A stretch of DNA of 23,719 nt from Cladosporium halotolerans (Eukaryota): NCBI RefSeq assembly GCF_011745625.1, contig NW_027191461.1:682001-705719 (forward strand). Direction: 5' to 3'. Shown here piece by piece: positions 9,698 to 19,135 of the stretch (its first letter is position 1; each line of letters begins with the position of its first letter). The position numbers and the translations under genes were made by a program. The notes beneath the pieces were generated by a model. That model saw nothing but the letters and a program-made list of their open reading frames with translations, had not been told where the DNA came from and did not search any database.

Positions 9698-10555
9698 ATG
9701 TATTGTCAGGGCTACGTCGACGGGCAAACGGAATGGAGCAATCCAATTCCACCTTCGTGTGCAATGCTGCCGGGTGAAAACGGATTGGACGCGAGCTCGC
9801 TGAACTCTGCGACTATTGACCCTACAATTTTGCAGCAAGGTGGGGAGTCTATGGCCGATTCATCCTTCTCATCATCACCACGCAGCACAAGGCAAGGGAA
9901 TGGGGTCTACTTTCCCTTGAATGCTTACCCTGATTTGGATTCTGAGCCCATCACAGTAGCTAGTATCGGGGAAATCGCATACCCTCACCCAACCGCACCT
10001 GAGTTTGCTCGAATCACTGTCGACAGGCCTGGACGAGTCGAGCTTACTTTGACTTCTGCGGAAAATGAAACGCGCAGTTCAAGCTCGCAAGCAAATCCGT
10101 CACGAATTCTGTACCTTAGAGATTTGGAGACCAACATCTCTCAATTCGACGGCGCAGACACTACTCCTTTGCTGGCGGCGCCTGTACTATTCGAACCAAC
10201 CCCTTTGATGGATTTATACTCGAAAACGCGTAATGGGCTACTTTATAACTTCGACCCTTTCCCCTCATACCAGGACGAAACACTTCCTCTTCCAGAAGCG
10301 GGAGGATCTGGCATGGGAAATCCTCGTCTTCTCGGCATCCAACGGAAATTTGGCACGAGCTCTGCTGTCCACAACAATCTTTCGATGGCTCATCACAGCC
10401 GGGTGAAAGCTTGCTTTTTGGCTTCGCAGGGCGATGCCTCTGGAGCAGTGCTTGAACTAGAACGCTGCTTAGCTCTGGAGAAAAAAGCTCGCAGGCGGCA
10501 TATGAAGAACGAGTCTCAAAGAAGGAACAGGACCGGGAGAAAGGGGCGGAGGTAG
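9698..10555 (+). CDS. Hypothetical protein (285 aa from first ATG; frame actually open from 9461), basic C-terminus
   Basis: Long stop-free frame that is not the antisense shadow of any other gene model. Protein-like composition with an Arg/Lys-rich end (KKARRRHMK..RRNRTGRKGRR). No family recognised; true start unclear. Confidence 0.5.
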   Translation: MYCQGYVDGQTEWSNPIPPSCAMLPGENGLDASSLNSATIDPTILQQGGESMADSSFSSSPRSTRQGNGVYFPLNAYPDLDSEPITVASIGEIAYPHPTAPEFARITVDRPGRVELTLTSAENETRSSSSQANPSRILYLRDLETNISQFDGADTTPLLAAPVLFEPTPLMDLYSKTRNGLLYNFDPFPSYQDETLPLPEAGGSGMGNPRLLGIQRKFGTSSAVHNNLSMAHHSRVKACFLASQGDASGAVLELERCLALEKKARRRHMKNESQRRNRTGRKGRR

Positions 10556-10684
10556 TCAATAAGCCGCAAGGCGTTTTCGGTCATTTCAGAACATAGTGCA
10601 TGTGGTCGAGGTGACGTGTTGTGCGTTTGGACGCCAGACCGGCTGCCTCGGAAATATTACATTCATTCACTTGAGCTCGACTCT

Positions 10685-12793
10685 TTATTTTGACTTGCCC
10701 TTCCCTTTTTTCAGCCTCGCAACCAGGCCTTGCAACTCTTCATCTCCACCCTTAGCCTCCTTGCCAGCTTTGCCCTTCTTTTTCGCGACCGTGACTTCCT
10801 CAGCGCCGCCATCCTGATCGTGCCTCTTCCTCTTCTTCCTGCCCTCCTCAAGCAGACTCTTCATGCCCTCAGTGCTCTTGAACCTCGGGTTGGTCGGATC
10901 GATAGCATACTCATGGCTGTCAAACAAGGCCTTGAAACGCGGGTCCTCAGCTTCGACCTTGAAGTCGTCCTTCACCGCTTCTTCGGTATTCTTGCTGCCC
11001 TTCCTTCCTTTGCCCTTGCCCTTACGACGGGCCTCCTTCTCGGCCTTCTCGATCTCACGCATGTCGAAGTGGCGCACGCCCTCGCCGTTGGCCTCGTCGT
11101 CCGCCATGAGCAGCTCGAGCTCTGCGCGGCGCGACGCGGCTGCAGCCTCTTCGGCATCGCGCTCAGCGCGCTTCTTCGCCTTGTCGGCTTTGCGAGCAGA
11201 CTTCTCGGCCGCAGCGGCAGCGTTAGGGTCGTTGAAGAATGGGTCGTTGAACGGGTCTTCTTCGTCGGCAGCGTCCGCGGCCGGGCCGCCTTCCTGCTCT
11301 GAGCCGCTGTGGCCGCCGTTCTCTTCCTCCTCGCAACGGCCGGCCTTGTTCTTGTCCTTGCGGCGCTGCTTGCGCTCTTTCTCCTTGCGGATGTAGCGCT
11401 GGCGTGTGCTCTCTTCGTCCTGCGGCTCGTTCTCGAAGACGCCCTTGGAATCCTTGTTCGCGTTCAAGCCCGAGGAGAAAGTGATCTGCATGTCGCCGAC
11501 GGGCTCGTCCTTAGACTTCTTCGAGCGCGAGGACTCCTCAGAGAGACCGAGGGCGGCACGCATTTTCTGCCTCTCCGCCTCGCGCTTGTTGGCCTTGCGG
11601 TCTGATGCGCTGACGGATTTGCGCGAAGAGACGCTGTCGTTGTCCGAGGAGTCGGAGCCGATGTAGGCTTGCAGGTCGTTCTCGTCCATCTCGGCGCGAG
11701 AGAAGGCGCGCTTTTGGACTTCTTTGCGGGTAGTGTCGTCGTCGTCCCATGTCAGGCGGACTTTGGAGTGAGTGAGAGCTTCCGTACGGAAATCGTTGGG
11801 CTTATAGCCATCAGGAAGTTTTGTGCACTGCTCGCGAGGGGTATCATCGTCGAAGGAAACCTCATCTGGGATGAAACGAAGGTCGAAGAAGTTGGAGGTA
11901 GTCAGGTATTCGCGGTTGTCCAAGTCATCGTAGACTGCTTTGGCGGTCGTCTTGTTGTCGCACTCGATAACCGCGTAGTAGTATCGCAGGCGCTCAAGCT
12001 GGTACTGTCGCAGCTTTGCATCGTCGAACTCCTCGCCCTCTCCCGCCTGCTCCTTCAACAGACGCTTCTTGATCTTCTCCTCCTCGTCCTCGTCACTGTC
12101 TGACTCGTCCTCAGACTCTTGCTTGCGCTTGCTGCTCGCAAAAATCTCTCTAGGCGGACCCTCGAGCTCCTCGCGCTCCATGCGCTCACGCCCAAATTCA
12201 CTAGGGAAGATTGTGACGCTCTCTACTCTTCCCGCAGCCGGCGCGAAGCTGGATGCGACGGCCATGATATCTGCAGCTCTAATGTGATCCCAATCCAGAT
12301 TTACAGCAGCAATTCTCGTAGAAGCTTCGCCCATAGGGACCTGCTCTGTCTGCTCGCCGCCAGCTGTCGCATCCGCCAATTCATCTTCGTCTGCGCTGTC
12401 CTCCTCTTCTGATGTTGTCTCCTCTTCGGAGGATGATTCATCAAATCCTCCCTGTCTCGCCGGATCGTGAACATCCAGATCTTCACCATCATCGCTCTCT
12501 TCCTCGCTCTCATCCGAACTTCCAACGACCTCTCTCGTGGGCTTCTTAGATTTTCCCTTCTTTGGCTCATTGTCTTCGTCCTCGTCCTCCAACCTAAACC
12601 GCTTCTCAATATCTTTCTTTCCACTGCCCTGCTTCAACTTCCGGCCATATCTGTCGACGGTCGCCTTCTTCTGGAACCCTTGGTCGGTGAAGAGGCGCTT
12701 GAATCGAGGATCGACGGCGGTCTGCGCCTGCTTTTTGCTAGGCAGACGGTACCGCGGGTCTGACGCGAGGGCCGCGAAACGCTTGTCGGCCAT
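10685..12793 (-). CDS. ESF1: Pre-rRNA processing protein Esf1 (~702 aa), intronless
   Basis: N-terminal DPRYRLP..DPRFKRLF..VDRYGRK; RIAAVNLDWDHIRAADI; LRQYQLERLRYYYAVIECD; FFDLRFIPD; C-terminal NUC153 motif DPRFKALFDSHEYAIDPTNPRFK. Start taken at the ATG at 12793 (MADKRF). Confidence 0.93.
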   Translation of the reverse strand: MADKRFAALASDPRYRLPSKKQAQTAVDPRFKRLFTDQGFQKKATVDRYGRKLKQGSGKKDIEKRFRLEDEDEDNEPKKGKSKKPTREVVGSSDESEEESDDGEDLDVHDPARQGGFDESSSEEETTSEEEDSADEDELADATAGGEQTEQVPMGEASTRIAAVNLDWDHIRAADIMAVASSFAPAAGRVESVTIFPSEFGRERMEREELEGPPREIFASSKRKQESEDESDSDEDEEEKIKKRLLKEQAGEGEEFDDAKLRQYQLERLRYYYAVIECDNKTTAKAVYDDLDNREYLTTSNFFDLRFIPDEVSFDDDTPREQCTKLPDGYKPNDFRTEALTHSKVRLTWDDDDTTRKEVQKRAFSRAEMDENDLQAYIGSDSSDNDSVSSRKSVSASDRKANKREAERQKMRAALGLSEESSRSKKSKDEPVGDMQITFSSGLNANKDSKGVFENEPQDEESTRQRYIRKEKERKQRRKDKNKAGRCEEEENGGHSGSEQEGGPAADAADEEDPFNDPFFNDPNAAAAAEKSARKADKAKKRAERDAEEAAAASRRAELELLMADDEANGEGVRHFDMREIEKAEKEARRKGKGKGRKGSKNTEEAVKDDFKVEAEDPRFKALFDSHEYAIDPTNPRFKSTEGMKSLLEEGRKKRKRHDQDGGAEEVTVAKKKGKAGKEAKGGDEELQGLVARLKKGKGKSK

Positions 12794-13114
12794 ATTGTTG
12801 CTGTGGAAAGTAAATTGGTTGAACGTAACGAGAAGTTCCAGATTTGAAGATCCGCTCGGCAGCAGCCTTTCTAGAAAATGTTCGGCATCTCGGACGAAGC
12901 CCGCCTCGCTTTTCTGCGCCGGGCCGTGCGCCGCCCGCGCCTGCAGGGCCACGCCCGAACATGCGAACGAGCTTCATATGCGCGACTCGCATCTCCATGG
13001 CAGACTTCATTTGCTGATGTGATGCGGAGCGATTGATTTGAATGTTCATGCGAAGACAGAGAGGAAAGGTCCGAGCTATCCAAGTACTCCAATTCCCGTT
13101 CCTGCATCCCAGCC
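12794..13114. promoter_or_regulatory. Putative bidirectional promoter between ESF1 and POP5
   Basis: Head-to-head start codons 321 bp apart; GC-rich core at about 12895-12960. Inferred from the arrangement only. Confidence 0.5.
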
Positions 13115-13747
13115 ATGGTCCGCATCAAGTACCGCTACCTTCTGGTCAACATTCTTTATCCCGAGCAAGAAGTTCAAAATAAGAAGCAATTGCCTGCCGG
13201 ATCGAAAGATAGCCTACCGTATACCGTGCAATTCCGGCGTCCTGGCCCAGACTCCCTGAATGGCAAACTTCTCTCACGCCTGATCCGCGAAGGCGTCGCG
13301 GATCTCTTCGGCGACTATGGATCTGGCATGGTTTCCGGCAGTTTAATGGGTACGATTGATCGCGTCTCCTCTCCAATCTGACATCCTACTGACACCGTCA
13401 CAGTCAAATACTGCTCCCAAGCAACAAGCACCGCCATCATCCGCGTCGCACGCGCGCACTACCGCATGGTCTGGGCCGCACTCAGTTTCATGACTTCTAT
13501 GCCAGTCAAGGCTGGCGAGGTGCCCTGCGTCTTTCAGGTCGTTCGCCTCTCTGGCACCATCCGCAAATCCGAGGAGGAAGCCATTCGACGCGCCAGGTTG
13601 CAGATTCGGCGCGCCCAACGAGCCAACGGTGGCGATGCTGACGCGGCAGTAAAGGCTGTAGATGGCGCGGTTGACGCGGAGGGAGACCTCGCGATGGCGG
13701 ATGGCATCGAGGATTTTGAGGGCGAGGGCGACGAGAGTGATGGATGA
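13115..13747 (+). CDS. POP5: RNase P/MRP subunit Pop5 (Rpp14/Pop5 family, ~192 aa); exons 13115-13349, 13404-13747
   Basis: MVRIKYRYLLVNILYP, LFGDYGSG, VKYCSQATSTAIIRVARAHYRMVWAALSF and VVRLSGTIRKSE motifs. Intron 13350-13403 is GTACGA..CTGAC..CAG. Confidence 0.93.
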
Positions 13748-14453
13748 GTATTTTGCGCACGAGATCAACTCTTCGCCTTTCCACGCGGCGGACCTGGAGA
13801 ACAGCACTGCTGTCGCGCGAAAGTCGAGGCGTGCTTGCCGGAACTTCCTAAACATCAGTGCTTCGCGGTAATGAGATGTGACCTAGTCGAAGACCGATTG
13901 TGAAGGCAACTATCTGGACTCGTGTCCGCAGCTTCGGGATGCAACCTCGGCATGGATCTTGGAATCTGCTCGGACAATTCAGAATCTTTTCAGAGTGCTG
14001 TCCTGGCTCGCCGTACCAGCTCCGCAGCTGTCTGAACTCCCACGAAAGGCACAGGGGATGCGGCGCTTCGAGACATGCGCAATCTAGACCGGGGACAGCG
14101 GTCGACTCGGATAAATGCCTAATAAGAAAGCTCGCGGCACTTGTGCTCTACCCTGTCGCCTTGGAACGCTGAACTGCAATGCAGCCTTTGCCTCTGAAGA
14201 GCAGCAACGGCTTCCCCGAGAACTGTGGCACGTAGCACCTCTGATGAGCAATGCGGAGAGGAATAAAGTCAAGTTCAACATCAAAGCTGAGGATTCAAAG
14301 CTAGAAACCGGTTCGCATATTCATAAACAGGCACTGCCCGTGTCCCAACATCACAGCCACCACGGGTATAATTTTCGAAAGTAGGAAAGAAAAACTTAAT
14401 CAACCTAGTCTTATCATCAGTTAGGACCAGTCCTAGGAAAAGCGGAATAATAA

Positions 14454-16125
14454 TCAGAGGTCGGCTAGAGGCGTACTGGTATTGTTCTCCTCTTCCAACG
14501 TGTCGGTCTCCTTCCAGAACGCCGTTGGGCCTGCGGGGCCATGGATATCGTAGTCCCTAGCAAATCAATGTCAGCGTTGGAGTGGTACATCCGTCCGAGT
14601 CAGCCTCATCCTACTTATCGAACCAGTTTCCCAGCACGCCCCGAGCAGACCTCAGCCCGCCAACCTGAATTCCTTCGGAGCGCCAGCGCTCCTCGCCGTG
14701 GAAGATAGAAAACGTCGTCCATCGGATCTGGCCCTCGGGCGTTTGCCGTACGGTGCCTCGTTCCGCATCAGTTTCAGCTTTCTCCATTTTTGAGCTTGTA
14801 AGGGACTTGGGGTGGACTCACCACGGATCTTGCTGTTGGCGTTTGGATCCCAGCTTGCATGGAGACTCCTCGATGTTCCCGCGAAATGGACGATTGGTAG
14901 CCGCTCGCCTTGGAAATTGCTCCAGTCTAGCCCGTCGTCTTCGTCTTCGTCGTCGTCATTTTCGCTATGTGAGTTTGGCATCTCAATCTTGGTGACGTGC
15001 CATTTCACGCGGATTAGTCGAATTGCTGAGACGAGAAATGTAATCGTTAGACCTCAGAAGCACTGCATTCTCAATGCCAAACATACCTTCTTCTGTGTTT
15101 ATAGGTTCCCGCGGCTCGTTCGCCGGCGTGCGCTTCGTGAAATTGAAGGCGTACAAATCGTTGAAATCAAGGAAACAAACAACACGCATCCAAGTCCCCG
15201 TCACCCCATACGGATCCTGAGCATCGAGGCCAAGAGCAAGTTCGCGGATCTTCAGAAGCTCTTCGTCGAGCTCTTTATCAGGTGCCGGAGCGGGCGGGAG
15301 CGAGATATACGACCTCGGCGTAGCACCAATGAACGGCTCGTCCCAGATCAACGGAAAGCGACCTCCAGACCTCTCAGTGAACTTCCTCAGATTGAACCCA
15401 AGCACAATCATGATGGCCTCCACCTTCTCCCAGTCCACCCGCTGCGAGCCATCGTCGCGGAAAGGCCCCCAGAGCGTCGCGTCCGTGTACTGCCTCAGAT
15501 CGTACACCTTCGAGCGCGCATACGTATGCGTCAGCCTCGGCTTCGACCCACTCCTCGTACGCGAAGGCGACGAAAACTGCACGTGCGGCTGCCACTCGAA
15601 GAACGGCGTGGGGGCTGGGACTTCGTCCACCGGCACGCCGTACAGGCAGTGCAGTTTGGCGGACGTCTGGCAGAGCTCTTCGGTCGCGGCGGGGATCTGG
15701 CTGATGCTGCCGGCGCGGCTGAAGAGGGAGCTGGAGCACAGAAAGACGTCGATGTTGGCCACGTCGGCGAAGTGCTCGGCCAGAAGGCGGATGTTCAGGC
15801 TCGCGTCGGGATCAGAGGCGGACGTCTCTAGCAGGTGGTCAATACGCTCCGCAACGGTGCCCAGCGCTTCGCGTTTCACTTCGTGGTCTTCGGATTCTAG
15901 GATTCTCTCTAGCTCGAACAGATTGTGGACTTGGGTCTCCCAGTCCAGCTCCGAGTCCGGCGGATCATATCGCCGTCGGTAGATGTCCTTGTGCAGGAGC
16001 TTGTTGCCGCAGACGTAGCGGTTGAGGTCTTTACATGTACGGCTTATCGAGGACAAGTCTGTGGGCGAAATCTCCGTGAAGATGCAGTGTAACAGCTCGT
16101 GGCTCAGCTCGAGCAGTGACGCCAT
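14454..16125 (-). CDS. Fungal F-box domain protein (~495 aa); exons 16125-15087, 15025-14822, 14756-14615, 14556-14454
   Basis: N-terminal F-box LLELSHELLHCIFTEISPTDLSSISRTCKDLN. Downstream blocks DPYGVTGTWMRVVCFLD, GTVRQTPEGQIRWT, RWRSEGIQVGG and HGPAGPTAFWK are joined in frame by three introns. Confidence 0.85.
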
Positions 16126-19100
16126 TTGGCGGACCAGCCAGGGTGTGAATGAGGGCTTCGCACGCTTTAAGGTGACGATAATAGAGACTGTCTATATGAT
16201 AGCAAATGTCACTTGATAATGATGGATAGGATCCTAGATGATGATGATATTGTTAGAGGAGTGTAGTGTTGGCGGCGCGGGACTAAAGAGTGGTATGCCT
16301 TATCTCCGAACCCCACCTTGCGTCGCTGCCCCCACGCCACGCTGCACGAAGTGATGGCGGTGATTTCCTGTACGGCACGACTTTTTCGTTGTTGTCAGCA
16401 AATGCGCTGAGAAAGTTTTACATACACAATAACGGTCGACTTTGCTTCAGCATTCTCGGAAATGGGTGCTCAAGTAAACCGTCCACACGCGCTCACCGTC
16501 GTCCGCCCGGAATGACGTAATCGCAGACGACTGTCGTATACGGAAGTTGAAGTGATTGAACAAATACTCGCCATGTGACAGGCGCTTCTACAGGTGGCTT
16601 GTGGGAAAACATGTATCAGAATGGTTGAAATTTAGGAAGAAATTCTGGTCCATAATGAATCGCAGAAAAAGGAATGATAAGGGGTGTATCAGGCCTCCAT
16701 CACTTTGAACAGTTGTCTGCTAGCAGCGAGAAAGTAATGATCTGAACAGGGCATGTAAAGGTTCGTGGCTACAATCTGTCTGCGTTAACAGAAACTCGAT
16801 TTATTAGTATACGCAGTTTAAATGGGCATAAGCGACAGCAGAGGTAACCTAACGGGAGTGTCATTCATCCAGAGATGATGACGGTACTGATCGCTTTAGG
16901 CAAATGAAGGTGAGCCCCGACAACGCGAATCACGTCGGCCATCAAGCGAACACGCAATTATGCTACCATGGAAGTCCCATTTGCGGGCGGTGCCGCCATT
17001 GGAAAGCACCATCCTATCTCGTGTCGATCGGACCTACTGCCGACATACAATAAACTGCCGTCCGAACTCCATCCTAGTCGAAGTTGCCTAGCGGAAGGAG
17101 GAAAATACACCAACCTCCAACGCAGGCTATCGAAGGCACTAGGTCCGACTTACACCACAACGAGAGGAGATAGGCAAGATACTCCGCATGCAACCCATAA
17201 GGCTCTCCCAACACGCCGCCAAGTCGTGCCGATCTGGCGCACGCATCTATACGCCAGATCTTGTATAGCCTCGATCCTGGCATGTGGGAACTGAGATTGG
17301 GACAAGTATCCAAAGCCTTGGGTCCCGTAGTCGCTAGCCAGAATAGTGGAGGGGCGGAGAGCTTCGGGGAGGAAGATGCCGTCGCAGGCGTACAGAGGAT
17401 GGGCCTCTCAGAAGAGAGACATGAAGAGGCATGCCGCGCGCGCTGCCGATGTGGAGCTATACCACGCTCACCGCTATAGCTACCGGACTAGGGGTATACC
17501 GGTATGTGGGTGTTGGCGCACCTCAGTGGGCGAGCGCAGGGTCTGGTTGCTTTGACATGCTTTGATGCTCGATCTCTTACCCCACTTCTGGGGCGTTTGG
17601 CTCGCAACGGTGCGAGATGTGTTGTTGTTCCCATCGGAGGGTCGGACGATACGCCGTTGCAAGCAATAGTCCACCGGTCGGAGTGTCGATCTCGAGAAGC
17701 GGACAGCCACCGACAAACGTATCCTCCCGAACATTCGGTAGGGAGAGTTCGAACTCTCTTTCGACGCATACCACCTCTTCGCGGCCAGACAAGCACGTTG
17801 TATGCGACGTCGGGCCGCTGTGGTAGGCTCGAGACGGAGAAATTCTTAGGCTGAGAGCAGTCCAAACTTCGAAGGCAAAAATGCAAGGAAGAATGACTCC
17901 CGTCCACTTGCCGAGCACCGCGACACGTTGTGGTCTGGTCAGGGTCTCTCGCCCACGCGAGTAAGAGGACGCGAGCTCAAGCTTCCCTTTTAGTCACGCT
18001 GTTGCAATCGCACATCCCCTCCATCTTGCCGTACAGTACCAGGCGTGCGGAACCGCTGCAAAGCCCACCGCGATACGGTGGCGCTTGTGTTGTCAGCGGC
18101 GGTTCTCGGTCGCTGCACGATCGAGCGCGCGGCTCTTCGCGTGGCTGGCGATGGACGGTGGAGGGGTGGGCTTGTGGGGATAGACTCGACTATTTGAGTT
18201 GGTGCGACCACGGGTGTATGCGCGCGCGAACTCAGGGAGACGTCCGACCAGAACTATCGCGAACTGTCACTGCAGGCTGGTGAACCCACCGGCCAGGCCA
18301 CCGGGTCTCGTCTGATTTGGACGCGCCGCCTGCCACCCCTGCGAAGATCCGATTGTCGACGCGCAAGCGAGATGGAAATCGTGGGGGCAGCGGACGACGT
18401 CTCATCATCCTTCGCGCGGCCTCGCGAGAGCAATGTCCCCCTCGCCTTACGCGTGCGTCCTGCGTCGCCCTCGCATGCCCGCATGGCGCGCAGACTTCAC
18501 GAGACCAGATGAAGCCGCAGGTTTGACTTGGGCCAGCGGAAGGCCATGGCCGGCGCCCGGTGTGCGCGCCAGGCCTGCCAACGGCGGAGCCATCTCGCTC
18601 TACTGCAGGAGCTTGCACTCCACAGACCGCCGGCTGCCGCCCCCATTGGCCGTGCGGCGTGCGAGAGGGTCTGCCGTGCATGTGCTGTCGGGCCCAGCTG
18701 CCCACGATTTGGGAGCGGCGCGCAGGAGTTGCCCGGCCGAAATAGCACGCATTGCGCGAGGGCATCAGGCGTAGCGATGATCAGGGGACATTTTATTATC
18801 TCGCTCGCGCGCACGCCCGCCTCGCTCGAAGGCATCGCACAATCGACTCTCCCACCTATACGTGCCTCCTCCTAAGCACCAGCGACAAGCTCAGCCCGAT
18901 CGACACCCTCCACCCAGCGTGCGGCTCCCGACCTGTCTCTGACCTGCGCCGGCCCGTCGCAGCCCTTCCTCCTCCCCTTCCCCATCAGAACCTCTGATAT
19001 AGCGACGGCGTCGCGGATTATAGGCGGCACGGTGGATGGGATCGCCTGCCGCGCTGCAATCACTGTTACTGCATGCGGCAGAAGCGCGCCTCGGTCGCCT

Positions 19101-19135
19101 CTCAAGTAGTGCCGCAACCCTTGATATTAAGCACC

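Noticed and set aside
9017..9838. 273-aa - strand ORF and 189-aa + strand ORF (9234-9803)
   Set aside because: They overlap the Dpb3-like exons or the longer downstream frame, and composition looks like off-frame translation. The 9234-9803 frame would matter only if a 9394-9460 intron were shown.
10730..12763. Several + strand ORFs opposite ESF1
   Set aside because: Antisense shadows of a charged, codon-biased gene.
12794..12952. 53-codon N-terminal extension of the ESF1 ORF from a GTG start (755-aa ORF)
   Set aside because: Non-ATG start inside the shared promoter; the recognisable Esf1 sequence begins at MADKRF (12793).
13740..13871. 43-codon ORF whose ATG overlaps the end of POP5
   Set aside because: Short, no motif; expected by chance in a 3' UTR.
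14812..15831. 339-aa + strand ORF
   Set aside because: Antisense shadow of the GC-rich F-box gene; Arg-rich with no recognisable motif.
16875..16890. ATGATGA followed by CTGA, resembling snoRNA boxes
   Set aside because: The boxes are only a few nt apart, with no suitably placed D box and no recognisable rRNA guide.
16968..19117. Many 60-180 aa ORFs in the long intergenic region
   Set aside because: Overlapping on both strands, Arg/Ala/Pro-rich as expected from high GC, with no coherent splice model or domain.
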